Notes: generated by a model from the letters alone, not told the origin. Positions 12,893 to 25,361 are shown, counted from the first letter of the stretch. The stretch is 64,000 nt of DNA from Mobula hypostoma (GCF_963921235.1 NC_086097.1:50346001-50410000), one strand, 5' to 3'. Program-made: numbers and translations.

Positions 12893-14306
12893 TCCTGTAT
12901 TCACTGACGACACTTAAATGAAACAGTTTGTATCAGCAAGCAGCACAACTCTAACATTCAGACTTGAGCTGGTGCACAATTTAGATACGTTATTTGCTGT
13001 AGAAATGTCAGACACTGACCATTTCCAGTAACAGACTACCATTATTCCTTGACATCAATCGCATAACTAACACTGGATGCTCCATCATTAACTTCCGAGC
13101 GTCAGTGCTGACAAGAAACTTGTCCAGAGTCAACCATGTTAAGGGCTCAATTCTTCCCCCGCAACAAATGAGTTACATTTGTACTCACAAATCTACATTC
13201 TGATATGTAAAGGCAAATTTTCAACTAGCTAGGATCAGTGCAACTCCAACATCAATCAAGAACTTCAACATTCTCCGTGCCAAATATGTCTACTAAACAG
13301 AATCCTCATCTGTCAATTCAACAAATAGCACACTTCTACCATATTACAGGGCAATTAGTGATCTCCAAAATAAATCGATCATACCAACAATTTCCAGATC
13401 CAATGAAATAATGAAAAAAAAATCTCAAACTCTAAATAAAATGTACTCCTTTACCACCTACAAGAAAAAATGTGTAAATGTTGTGCAATCAAACCAATAA
13501 ATAGTTGTCCTGGATTTAAAGATGGCTTGGCAAAATAAGACAGGGCAGCGGTGGAATGGGATTATTTTGACTGGAGGACTGTAACATCTGGTGTTCTGCA
13601 TGGATAGTGCCTGGACTTCTGTCAATTTTTGTCATCTGCAAGCTTACCAATCAGTTGTGGTCCAAACATTAGAGTTATGGATAGTGAGGAAGTCTCTCAA
13701 AGATACAATATTACACAGATGAGTGGAAAAATGGGCAGAAAAATGGCAGATGGAGTTGGAGGGTTATAGACCAACCATATGCCGGCAGATGGGGTTAATT
13801 TAAATTGGCATCAGAGTCCACACAGACATTACCGGCCAAAGTCCTGTTCCTGTACCGTCCTATGATCTATTTTCAAATGCTTCTCTTTGAGATAATACAC
13901 TGATGATTTTAGCAATATTCCTATACTAATAACCACCCTGCAAGTTGATAAAATTGACTTCAGACCCAATAACATAAATAGTACATGCAACTCTTCCCAA
14001 TGATGCTGCATCAATCTATCTGGTCTATTTGATTGTGGACTCTGATTAATGGTTCACGTCGGGCCCAGTTAAGCGTCTGCCCTAATTAGTCAAAATTTCA
14101 TGGAAGCAGTTAAAATGCAGTTTGTCTTTTTTAAAAAAATACCTCTTTAACTGAGTAACAAATTATGTATTTAAGATGAAATTCAGAACAAATCTGAACA
14201 CCATCAATACTATTACAGTACTAGAAAACACCATTAATTCCCAATAGTTATCAACAGAAGATTTGCACTGCATGCTCTTTCAGCTGTAAATGAACAAAAT
14301 CACACC

Positions 14307-14487
14307 TGGACACGAGGAAGTCTGCAGATGCTGGAATTTCAAGCAACACACATAAAAATTGCTGGTGAACACAGCTGGCCAGGCAGCATCTATAGGAAGA
14401 GGTACAGTCGACTAAGTTAGTCCTGACGAAGGGTCTGGGCCCGAAACGTCGACTGTACCTCTTCCTAGAGATGCTGCCTGGCCTTCT
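14307..14487 (+). mobile_element. Short palindromic Penelope-derived retroposon with hammerhead motif; 11-bp TSD
   Basis: Inverted arms GGCCAGGCAGCATCTATAGGAAGAGGTACAGTCGAC / GTCGACTGTACCTCTTCCTAGAGATGCTGCCTGGCC. TSD AAAATCACACC at 14296-14306 and 14488-14498. Confidence 0.8.
14419..14454 (+). ncRNA. Minimal type I hammerhead ribozyme motif
   Basis: AGUC-CUGACGA-A-GGGUCUGGGCCC-GAAA-CGUC-GACU. Both core boxes are intact, stem I is AGUC/GACU, stem II is GGGU/GCCC, stem III is the loopless palindrome ACGU. Predicted cleavage after GUC at 14450. Confidence 0.7.
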
Positions 14488-17400
14488 AAAATCACACCCA
14501 GTGTAGATAATGGACTGCCTTCATACAATTTTCAACATTGCATCCTCCAAATCTTAATTTTCATTGTAACATTTAAGATGATTATCAATACCTTCAAATT
14601 CTTTGTAGTTCCTAACTTGTTGAAGTAGTGAAATCATTTCATTTTCACTCACAGCTGTTTCTGGCATCTCCAAGCCTGAACACTTGAACCTGCACTGAGC
14701 AAAACTTTCTCCTTATTTCTCATCAACTATCAGTGACAAAAATCACTGCTTTTTGCACACTAATACATGCAACTTGCTATTTAAAAACTGTTCACTCTAA
14801 GCACAGTGTAGTGTCTAACGGCCACACAAGTGCACGCTAGTTAGAAACTTCTGCAAGTCTCCTGTCCCAACTTAGTGGCATAGTGTCTCAAATAAATGAA
14901 GGAAATCCCGTCCATTTTCTCAATTAGTTTTTGTCCCATTTTTGTTGTCAGTATGAGACTGCCCAATTAACTGATGGCCTAATTAACCGGAATCCACCGT
15001 ATACATTTCACACTTCAGTGTTAAATCTATATTGATTAGTAGAGTCTCTGAATTTAAAATTTTTTAACTTGCTGGGAAAATGAGTAAGTGAAGTAGAAAT
15101 TTAAAATTTCATTCTCTTTATTGCAAGTATTGCAACTTGGACAAAGCACCTGAACAAGCGTGGCTGCTGGACTTTCTGAACACAACCTCAGAATATTTTC
15201 ACAACATTTCTGTGCATCTTTTAAGTTAATTCCAATTCAAAATTAGTAACTTCTAACTTCATAGGTACTAATTACACAAATTATTTGTTCTGTATATAAA
15301 AATCGAGGCAGACACTTGTTAGACAACTTGATATTATTTCATCAGTATCAGAGGTTACTTTTTTGCCTTTCTAAATTTACAAATGTCATTTTATTCAAGT
15401 CAATACAGCTTCTTCCTCAAAAGCTCCCGCTTCTTGTGTTTATCACGTCGTTTTGTAATATCCAAGCAGGACAATTGCTACTCAGATTACTGTATGCCAT
15501 CACATCCACAGAGAATACAGTAAACAAAGAGGTCTGCCTGACTGAGCCCTTTTTAAAAGGTAAACCAGAATTTGCATTAATCTTGCTTTCACTGCTCTCT
15601 CCTTTTGGGTCGCTTCACTCTGTTTTTGCACAAAGTAGCAATACAACAAAAGGAAGTTTTTATTTTGCCATTAAAAATGTTACACAATAAAAGCTTACCT
15701 TGTTTCCAAAGTACCACAATTTCTATTTTCAAATCTGTGGAGTTAGGAGGACAGTACATTCTGAGCATTTCAGATGTAAATGGATTAGTCCTTAGTTGGT
15801 TTTTAAGATCAGTTTTTGTCTGCGAGCTAGGATTCTCACTTGCACAAACTGCCATGCAGCTGTCCTGGTTTTTTCAGACAGCTGACAAACAGCAACTGCA
15901 CAAGCACAATGACGCAGAACACTAAGCTGCCGTGGAAAGGAGTGGAGCTTGAAAAAAGTGGGTGGAGCTTTGTGGCTTGCAGTAGTGTCCATCCCCAGCT
16001 TGGCGAGCAGTCAAAGAACTGCCCAACAAGCTCACGGGGCCCCAACTGTGCTATTCCAGAAATGCTGACTGTGCCTCTACCATGTCCGCTTACGGCAGTT
16101 TGTTGAAGCATTATACAAGGCAACCCAATTGAATACTGTAAAAATATCACTAAAATAAAAGCACGAGTCAAAGCTACAGGGATTTAACAACTTATTTTGC
16201 AAGTGCTTCCCATTAAGGATGTTTCCATATTGGTTGAAAGCTTGAAGGCCTTTAAATATAGAGGGGGAGAAATTGGATAGTGCATTAAAAATTCTGCAGC
16301 ATTCATACTATACAATTAATCCATGCTTGTTTGATTCAATACACAAGAATCTGTGCCCCAACCTCATAGCCATGATAGCAAAATTCAGTCAACGTCTGTC
16401 ACACAGCTTATTGCATTAGCACTTATTCACAGACAGCAAATCTAGAAGTAACCCCAAGTTGCAGCTAGATCATGCAGAATGAGGCCATTCTGTCCATCGA
16501 AAGAGTGGGTGTGCATTGAAAATAGTTTCAAGTGTGTTCAGCTTCAGGAAGACTGCTGCAGGCCATAATCGCAGTACAACAAAAGTGTAGGTACACAATT
16601 TTTCAGCTGAAGCTTTAGCACCTCGATAGATGAGGAAGGCAGATTGCTCTTTCAGTTAGGACCAAGAGTGAAGCTCCCAGAATAGGGATATACTAGAAAA
16701 ATGTTTTAAATGACCTCACACATAGTTTAGAACAGTAAAGGCATCAATAAATCCCAGTTCTTTACAATCATAACTAATCTCAAAGCTGTTCCAATCAGTG
16801 GCCATGGAGCAGTGCATGAGATTAGAGATAGTTTGTAATTAAGCCCTCTCACCCAACAATCTCCACCATTAAATCATGCCTTCATTCATACTCCATCATA
16901 CCCTTAGATACATATATTCCACCCCCCCATCTCACACAACATTCAGAAAGGACAAAGATATAATTCAGAATATTGTAATGTACAATACTCACAAATTCAT
17001 AGCACTTCCTGAATGATCAGGTAGTATTCACTGACAGCATCGGTTAATGGCTAGTAGTCAATTCCACATCCATCAGTTCTAACTGATGGAGAAATGGTCA
17101 TCACTGAAGCAGCCACCCTGAAGTTAGTGATAGCCCAAACATCACAGAGGATGATTAAAGGGCTATTTCCAATCCATCTTTTTGATCCATTTCTTTTCTG
17201 TTTTATGACATTCAAATGGCATGAGAACACATCCTTTAGTGTCTCGTCTCATCTCATCGAGACCCTCCAGCACTGCCGTTCATATTTTACATAGTCCAGA
17301 ACTCCCAGCTCCCCATTTGCTGGTTACTGAGTCACAAGATAGTCAAACAACGAATTTAATCTCCAAAAATCTTATTGCTTTAAGAGGTGGGATCTGCAGT

Positions 17401-20247
17401 GAGGAACTGCTACAGGTAGACTGCAGCCAGAATAGGAAACCATAATCCAGTTCATCACTGAGAAGACGGAATGGAGAAGTCTAACAGCTTTCTTACACTG
17501 AGTTTGACAAACCCATCCTTTCCACCAGAAATGCTAACTTGCTATCCTCCATGAAATGGCACCAGTTGGCTGATGTTCCAAATCCCACTACAGCATGCTC
17601 AGTGCCTCGGTAATGAACACTCAGGCGGCCAAGATTATAGATCTGAATGCTAGTCTTCAAGTCAGTTTTCATGATGTTGCTCAGCAGAAGCTGAAACTCC
17701 GATGAAATCTATCTGAATTTTGACTGTCTAGGCCCAGAGTTATTATCTGCTCTTCACGTCAATCTGCCATAACCTCCAGTGCATGGCGAGCACTATCTCA
17801 GTGCAATAGGGCAAACAAAGACATCGTGGAAGGCGGCACCAAGGGCATACAGAAGAGTGACTGGAATAAAACCAGCAGATCCTGAAAAACTAAAACCAAA
17901 GAGAATCCTGGAAGCACTCAGAAGGTCAAGGAAGGTAAACAGAACCTATACCAGTTTTTCTGCAAACCCCATTCCTTCCACCTTCTGAAACATAAGCTTA
18001 CTACTTTTCTCACTTCGCCCATTCTGATGAAGGGCCCTAGACCTGAACTCCAGATATATAACCAAAGCCATTTGCTACACTGACTACTACTGTCCATCCA
18101 AGAGGAAGACAATGAATATCTCTCCCCCAGAGTAAAGTGCTGGCAATCAAACAAGAGGGCATACCCAACACCTCCTACAGCTGCCTGAAAGGAAACAAAG
18201 GTCAAGTAGTGGAGGCCCACTTTGACCTTTATTGCCACAACCTGAACAATCCTGGCATAACTATAGCTAAAGCTGTCGGCATTGTTGGAAAGGACTTGCA
18301 TCACCAGCCGCCTGCTCTCCATGCCAGGCCGTGGCTTGCAATGGAATTTTGTACTATATAATTTGCTGAGGAACACAAGTTTCCCTATAAATATGCACTC
18401 AAATCCACAAAGAGATCATCTGCAGAGCTGAAAAAGAAAATATCTCAACCCAATAAATCTCACCATATGCACTGCTTGACATATCAAAAAGCAAGTGAAT
18501 CACAAAGAATTAAGTAAAACACTGATTTTACACCATCACTTTCAGGGATCTTGCCTCTCATTCAACAGTCACTTATTGATCTATTGGGATTTTACATACT
18601 ACCTCTTCAAATCCAATAAATGAGCTGAACCAATTTGTACAGTCAGAAACAAGAGTAATTCAATATCAACCACATCTATCAATCGAAACACTAACTGATA
18701 CATGTATGCTTACCTATAGAAAACAGAGCTCAGAAAATCGACCAAGCCAACATCAGGTGTTGCCGTTTGCATGTGCTGTGCACGTTACATGCATTTTGAA
18801 TTATATTTTATTAACTTATTTGTGATAAATATTTATTTTATGTGCTGTGTGCGATACATGTATTGTGGGTGCACCGTGGTCCGGAGGAATATTGTTTCAT
18901 TTAGTCGTACATGAACAGTCAGATGACAATAAACTTAACTTATAAAACGTAAGTAATATAAAATAGTAACAAAAGGGTATTAACAGTTTTATTAATTATT
19001 TAGGAACACTCACTTGAAACTAAACTTCTAAATGCATTTAGAAAGATTTGCGGATACCTCAAAGCTAATCAAATATTTTCTGCTGCCTCATAGAAGATTT
19101 TTGAACTGATAATGGAGTTTTACATTTCTACAAATATATCTTTGAAGAAATTATGATAAAGTTCACACAACTAAAGGCATTTTACTACAGTTATCCTGGA
19201 CTAAAGGGACTTCTAGCCATACTTGCCTGGAATAGTAATGTAGCTTTGCAGGTCACCTGAGGTAAATTACTACTCCAGACAGAAAATGACAAAATATTCT
19301 TTTGTCATCCTATTGATTTCACCTTTTGTCCCGTTTGGCAAATATACATCTGAAAACTACCTAACCAATTTGAAATATATTCTCTCAATGCTCCAACCAT
19401 TTCTAAAATTAGCAATGTTTGCAATTACCAAAACATACATACTTAGAAATACAATTGTAATAGCATGGCTATAATTTCCAACACAAAATATTAACCAGGG
19501 CTGCCATAGCAGATAATGAAACTTTTGATCATGCAGAAAGCATACAGAGCGCACAGCTGACATCTATCCACATATGACACCCAACTTGTGGCTAGTTTGT
19601 GAAATCAAATACAGTGGATTCTGATTAATTAGGCTATCAGGGCAGCCACTTATTTGGGACAATACTTAAGGAACAAAAACTAATGGAGAAAATAGTTGGG
19701 ATTTGCTTAATTTGTTTGGGACACTATGCCACTTAATTGGGACAGAAGACTATTGCCAAACATTTTCTAACCAGCATCAGTTGCGTGCCCTCACTGTGCT
19801 TAAAGTGAACAGGTTCAGTAGTGGGTGCTCTTGTTCAATGAGCAGTGAATTTTGTCACTGATAGTTGGAGAGAAACATCAGCAAGACAATACAGAACTAC
19901 TTCCCCTCACTTCTGCTCCAACTATTCAGGCTCAGAGATGCCAAACATGGCTGTCAGTGAAAAATGAAACAATTTTGCTACTTCAACAAGTTAGGTACTA
20001 TGAAGAATAAAGGTTTCAACAATCATCTTGAATATTAAAATGACATGAAGATTTGAAGGATGCAATCATTGAAAGCATTGTACTAAGGCAGTCCATTATC
20101 TCCACTAGACGTCTGCACTGATTTTGTTCCTTTCAAAGAAGGGAACACGGTAGCACACACTGGATGAATTCCTCCGTCAATAACTAATACAGTTTTATAG
20201 TACTGCAACAGCATTAGTAGTGTTCTAATTTGTATTGGATTTCATTT

Positions 20248-20441
20248 GGGGTGTATGGGGTGTCAGGGAGCGGTAGCACCTCTGGTGGGGTAACATGTCG
20301 CGTCCTTTTCAAGGTGGTTAGTCCACCTTTGGTCCCCACCTGGCACTCAGCTCTCACCTGTGGCTCCCCGTAGCTGTTTGCATGTGACAGCGGACACACC
20401 CCAGGCAACGGCTTCGACAAGCCAGCTAAACCAGGTGAGGG
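20248..20441 (+). ncRNA. HDV-like (nested double pseudoknot) self-cleaving ribozyme; this copy carries two core substitutions
   Basis: P1 GGGGUGU(20248-54)/ACACCCC(20396-402); P2 CUCUCACCUG(20351-60)/CAGGUGAGGG(20432-41); P3 GGC(20362-64)/GAC(20393-95, mismatch); L3 starts UCC; AG-GCAA where GG-GCAA is expected; P4 GGCUU/AAGCC; J4/2 GCUAAA with candidate catalytic C20426. Confidence 0.75.
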
Positions 20442-20809
20442 TAGCCAACGGGTCTCAAACCCTTAGTGAGATAGGGAGTTGTCTATCCCAGCATGTGAAG
20501 ACAGACTCCAGCAGATTGAACGGACAAGACCAATGGAAGGTCCAGCAGTCAAGAAGGTGGTCTCTGCAAGCGTTGTGGAACATGTCGAGCAGGACAAGAC
20601 CCAGAGGTCGTCCTGGTCATCCACTGTGCCTAGTCCCATCTCCAGCCGTCTTGACTTTGTCTTGCCACTGGATCCAGATGGGAATTGGGAATAGAGAATG
20701 AGGCTGACGCTGCGCAACTCTCCCTCACTTAAATCCAAATCATACGCTAGTCTCGACACCATCATAATGGTGTCGAGATCCTCATCGACGTCGACGACGG
20801 ACAAACACT
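20248..20809 (+). mobile_element. Short non-coding RTE-derived retroposon (5' UTR joined to 3' end)
   Basis: GC-rich ~560-bp insert flanked by ATTTCATTT (20239-20247 and 20810-20818). RTE-type 3' end GAGGCTGACGCTGCGCAACTCTCCCTCACTTAAATCCAA with a 12-bp hairpin. No RT ORF. Confidence 0.8.
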
Positions 20810-22489
20810 ATTTCATTTAAATGCATAATTTGTTACTCAGTTAAACAGAAGTTTGTCTTTTTGTACCTTTTTGACCATTTCCATGAAACTTTGGTTAATT
20901 AGGGCAGCTGCTTAATTGGGCCAAATTGTATTGGTGTCAATGTGTCCCAATTAACCGGAATCCACCTGATGGATTTTTAATTTTTTTTTCCAGGAAGCCA
21001 GTTACTAATAGTTTTCTGAACAAAGTTCATGTGGGGGTGGAGTTCTAAAGCTACGATTTAAAATGCGTCACTGATTATGGGCACAGAATTGGAGCAAAGC
21101 TCAAATTTATTGGGGCTGAAGATCTTCCTTCAGAATTTTGCCAAGGAATTAGCACATGGTAGACTTTGCTTGCTGTCTAGATATGAATGTTTTAATACTT
21201 CAACCCACTGGGTCAGTGGTGGGTGTACTAGTAGAGGAATTGGGGCGGGGGGCAGGGAGGCAGAGACAGATCATCAGATGAAAGTAAATGGGGTACTACA
21301 TGAGGTATCATAGGTTCATCCTTAATGTGTGTGTATACCATGCCATACATTTAGATGATGAGGGCTTATGGTGTTACCTCTGTTTTTATCCCCCCAACAT
21401 CTAGTACCTGTATCAGAGAGTCACAGCAGGTTGCTTGTCCAATGAGATTCAGTAACCAAGTAACATCGGTAACCAACTTGCAATTATGAAGTTCCATACT
21501 CATCCAGCAAAGGCTGGCTTGATCAAAGAGCTCTTAGAGACCCTGGAGAAACTACATGACAGACATTGACTGAAGGCTCAGAGCAAGAATGGTAGGGCAC
21601 AGAAATGCACTTTTTGGCCTGCCATGCCCATGTAATCCTCTCTATCTGCACTGATCTCATTTGCCAGCAATAGGGCAGTATTCTTCTCTCCATCGAAGTG
21701 AAGTTCAGGTGGAGGTAGTGTACCAACCAGTAGAGCACATGAGAACAGTAAGGCCTATTCTCCAAACATTTAACTTAAATTCCCAGCTGAAATACTGCTA
21801 CATGTGACAACAAACAATTCATCCCTTTCCCTCATTATCTGTAGAGTGTACAATTCAGAAATCATAGCCTGTAAAGAAAGATCGTTTAGCCAGTCTCTCC
21901 CTACAGCACGTAAAGCTACTTTCTGAAGTACAGAAGTATGCAAAAACTTTATCCAGCCCCATCTGAACATGGAAGCGAGAATTGGCCCTCCTCTCTTGCT
22001 AGCAATGGTGTGGTGCTCACAGATGACAAATCTATTATTTTAGCCTCCATAAGGAAATGTATCACTGGGAGGCTGTACAGAGAAGATTCACTAGGTCAAT
22101 TCCCAGAAAGAATTAATTGTCATGTTAAGAAAGATTAATATGTTTGGTCATATACTCATTGCAAAATTCAAAACTAATCTTATTCAAAGATACAGGATTC
22201 TAAGGGAATTGGCAGGATGAACGATGACTTAATGGTTTCCCCCTAGTACAATTATCTAGATTTAGAGGACAAGCTTCAAAATAAGGGGTCACCTTACAGT
22301 AGAGATGTGGAGAAATCTCATCTGAGGTTTGTGGGAATTTCCTGTCCAAAGGGCTCTGGAGATAGGATCATTAAATATATTCAAGAGGTGGGCAGGCAAA
22401 GAGTGGATAAAGTAATGTTGAGGCCCAGACTGAAACATCCATAATCTTATCAAGAAAAAGAGCATACTTGGATAACTTGGACCCACTTC

Positions 22490-23620
22490 AAGATCTGCAT
22501 ACCACCACAACTGGTGAACAGCAGATGCCATTTCTCTGGCTCTTCACTCTGTTCTGAACCATCTGAACAACAGGAACTTGTACAACAGGTTGCTGTTCAT
22601 CAACTCCAACGTGGCATTCAACACAATCATTCCACACAAATTCATCATCCAGCTTCAAGGCTTCCTCATCAGCAGAGCTCAATGAGGATGGGTAACATCT
22701 CCTCCTCACAGGTACACCTGAAGGGTATGTGCTTAGCCCTCTGCACTACTCTCTATACATACAACTGTGTAGCTATATACAGCTCAAGATCCCATACACA
22801 AATTCATGGACTACACCACTATTCGTGGACGAATTACAAATAGTGATGAGTCAGCATACCGGGGCGAGATAGTACACTCAGTCAAGTAGTGCCACCACAG
22901 CAACAATTAATTGTTGACTTCAAGAAGCAGGAGGACGGCAAACATGCATCAGTCTATATTGGGAAATTGGCAGTGGAGAGTCAACAGCTTTAAACCCCCT
23001 GGGTATTAATATATTGGATGACCTGTCTTGGGCACAGCACATAGACACAACCACAAGGAAGGCACCCCAGGGTCTGCTTAAGAACATTTGCTTGTCACCA
23101 AACACTAAACAATGTATAGAATTACCATTGAAATGTTTTAGTACAGTCATTCAAATCTGTAGGAATTCAAGAAGCTAGAGTATTGGCTTAACTCAACACA
23201 TCATGGGCACATCCCTCACCACCATTGTTAGTATCTACAGGAGGAACTCCCTTAAGAAAGAAACACCCAAAGATTCCCAACATTTGGGCCATGCCATTTT
23301 CCCGCAGCTAATATCAGGCAGGAGGTAAAGAAGCCTAAAGTTCCACACCACCAGATTTTAAGAACGGTTACTTCCCTTCAGCCATTTGATTCTTGAAGCA
23401 ACCAGCACAGGCCTAATCTCTAGAGTTTAGCAACATTATGACTGCTCTAATATTTGTACTAAAATGTCCTTTTGTTCCAACTGTATTATTTCTTGTAAAA
23501 ACTAAACAAATCGAACACACTTGCGAAAGTTGCTTATAATGTGCTATGACAATGATGCAAGAAAGATTGTCATTACACTTGTTCATGTATGTACTGATAC
23601 ATATCATAATAAACTCTAAC
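22490..23620 (+). mobile_element. Degenerate Rex1/Babar-type LINE 3' portion
   Basis: Remnants of ISLALHSVL.HL, AFNTIIP, VERVNSFK.LG and DDLSW..H..TT.KA motifs, ending in an AATAAACTCTAACTC tail. Confidence 0.65.
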
Positions 23621-23676
23621 TCCAAAGGGCCAACTGCTACTAATATGCTGTGCCTCGTCTTTTTCCTCTCACAGCA

Positions 23677-23904
23677 TGCAACACACACAAAATGCTGGAG
23701 GAACTCAGCAGGCCAGGCAGCATCAATGGAAAAGAGTACAGTCAATGTTTCGGGCCAAGACCCTTCGGAAGAACTTCAAAGGGTCTCAGCCCAAAACGTC
23801 AACTGCACACTTTTCCATAGATGCTGCCTGGCCTGCTGAGATCCCCCACCATTTTGTGTGTGTTGCTTAGATTTCCAACATCTGCAGATTTTCACTTGTT
23901 TGTG
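23677..23904 (-). mobile_element. Palindromic Penelope-derived retroposon (degenerate hammerhead cores)
   Basis: About 95-bp inverted arms GCAACACACACAAAATGCTGGAGGAACTCAGCAGGCCAGGCAGCATC.../...GATGCTGCCTGGCCTGCTGAG...TTTTGTGTGTGTTGC, plus the asymmetric CATCTGCAGATTTTC extension. Confidence 0.8.
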
Positions 23905-24439
23905 ATTGAATTTCCAATCAGACCATGCCTTGCTTCTTTGTAAAGTACTTCAGGCAGAAGCAGCAAAGTAGTTTCCCAGCATGGAACAGCTGAAGCCATT
24001 TTATGACTTCCTTTCTATCAAACTTTTGTTTCATGACAGAGAAGATGTAGGAATAAAATACTCACTGAAATCTGATGGCTGTGAAGGCCAGATTTAAAAT
24101 TGAAAATTGTCAGAAATAAGGAGTCTTATAGATGTCCTTGGCAATCCCTGATGGAACCCTGTGCAAACAAGCTATTACAGCTGGAGTCTGAATGTCTAAC
24201 TGTAACTCTTGTTACTAGTGTCAGCAACAACACAAGTATACCACAAAGCACAAAAGGCTGCTTTTAAAAATAATTAGCACAGAATAAATTATGCAAAATC
24301 CCAATTATTTCAGGGCAGATTAGGGCAGATTATCTTCTCCAAACATCCACACTGCAATGAATAGTAACATGTGTAAGAAAGTGCACCAAAACTTTAGGCT
24401 TCATATATGGAAATCTCAGAAAATAAAAGGGCTGCATTT

Positions 24440-24840
24440 TGTAGTGTAATCAATATTTAAGTAATATGTAAATATAAAGTTTGATTTAGCATTCTTTGTT
24501 GATTACATAATTTATTATGGGGTTATATGTGAAAGTACGTGAATGGCCAATGCTATTTCTTCACCACATCATGTGTGAGCGCCTCACTAAAGAAAAAGTA
24601 GAGCAGAGCATCAACCCGGCTTCTGTGTTTTTCTTTTGTTTAATTCCTGGAGTTACAAAACAGTACTGAGTAAGTTTTAAAACGAACCTGAGACGACTAC
24701 CTACCTGTAGCACAGCATGCGGTTCCTCAGAAGGGGAGAGAGACGGTTGAGTTTAAAAAAGAAAGACAGAAATTGGACAGAAGCTGAAGACCAGGTTGCC
24801 CTGGCTCTCAATGTTACCAGCATGACATGATTGTTAACAG
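24440..24840 (+). mobile_element. Possible LTR remnant with adjacent internal leader
   Basis: TGTAGTG...GTTACAAAACA (TG..CA, about 220 bp) followed by leader-like sequence. No partner LTR or clean PBS. Confidence 0.35.
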
Positions 24841-25169
24841 TAAGGAAGACAAGAAGCATCCCAAAATCTCAAGACTGGAAGATTATAGGCTATGGCCTCT
24901 AGTTCTTGTCTCACCCAACCTGAGGAAGAAAAAAAACCTGCATTCACCCATCTATACCCATCATCCTATCATTATCCCTCATAAAAGCATATACCCGGTA
25001 AGATCTCCCTCCTTCTCCTGCACTCCAGAGAATAAAGTTCTAACCTATTCAACATGTCCCTATAACTCAGGTAGTCAAGCCCCAGCAACATCACTCTAAT
25101 TTAAAGCTAATTGATGTCCTTCCTGTAAGTAGTGACCAGACTGCACAAAAAAACTCCGAATTCCACCTT

Positions 25170-25260
25170 ACCAACATCAACTGTTTATTCTCTTCGACAG
25201 ATGCTGCCTGACTTGCCAAGTTCCCTCTTGTGTGTTGCTCAAGATTTCCAGCATCAGCAG
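25170..25260 (-). mobile_element. Partial Penelope-derived palindromic element, target of the young CR1
   Basis: CAGATGCTGCCTGACTTGC...TGTGTGTTGCTCAAGATTTCCAGCATCAGCAG. The sequence resumes after the CR1 at 28537 (GCAGAACCTCCTGC). Confidence 0.65.
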
Positions 25261-25361
25261 AACATAGAAACATAGAAACATAGAAAATAGGTGCAGGAGT
25301 AGGCCATTCGGCCCTTCGAGCCTGCACCGCCATTTATTATGATCATGGCTGATCATCCAAC

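Larger units (their letters stand above)
14033..14999. mobile_element. Non-autonomous Tigger/pogo-like DNA transposon (copy 1)
   Basis: Right terminus AATTAACCGGAATCCACCG|TA. Body homologous to 46057-46861 and, inverted, to 19612-20968. Interrupted by the insertion at 14307-14487. Confidence 0.75.
19612..20968. mobile_element. Non-autonomous Tigger/pogo-like DNA transposon (copy 2), split by an RTE-derived insertion
   Basis: TA|CAGTGGATTCTGATTAATT at left and AATTAACCGGAATCCACCTG at right form imperfect TIRs. Confidence 0.78.

Noticed and set aside
14307..14487. Palindromic elements as DNA-transposon MITEs, pre-miRNAs or CRISPR-like repeats
   Set aside because: They have long variable TSDs, asymmetric arms and hammerhead boxes. 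Copies are dispersed with no spacer array, and the context is eukaryotic.
15316..16171. Several overlapping 66-124 aa ORFs
   Set aside because: No recognisable domain; ORFs on both strands are compatible with chance.
17440..18380. GC-balanced block with short ORFs (17918-18376, 18137-18361)
   Set aside because: Probably an ancient TE remnant, but no motif could be assigned with confidence.
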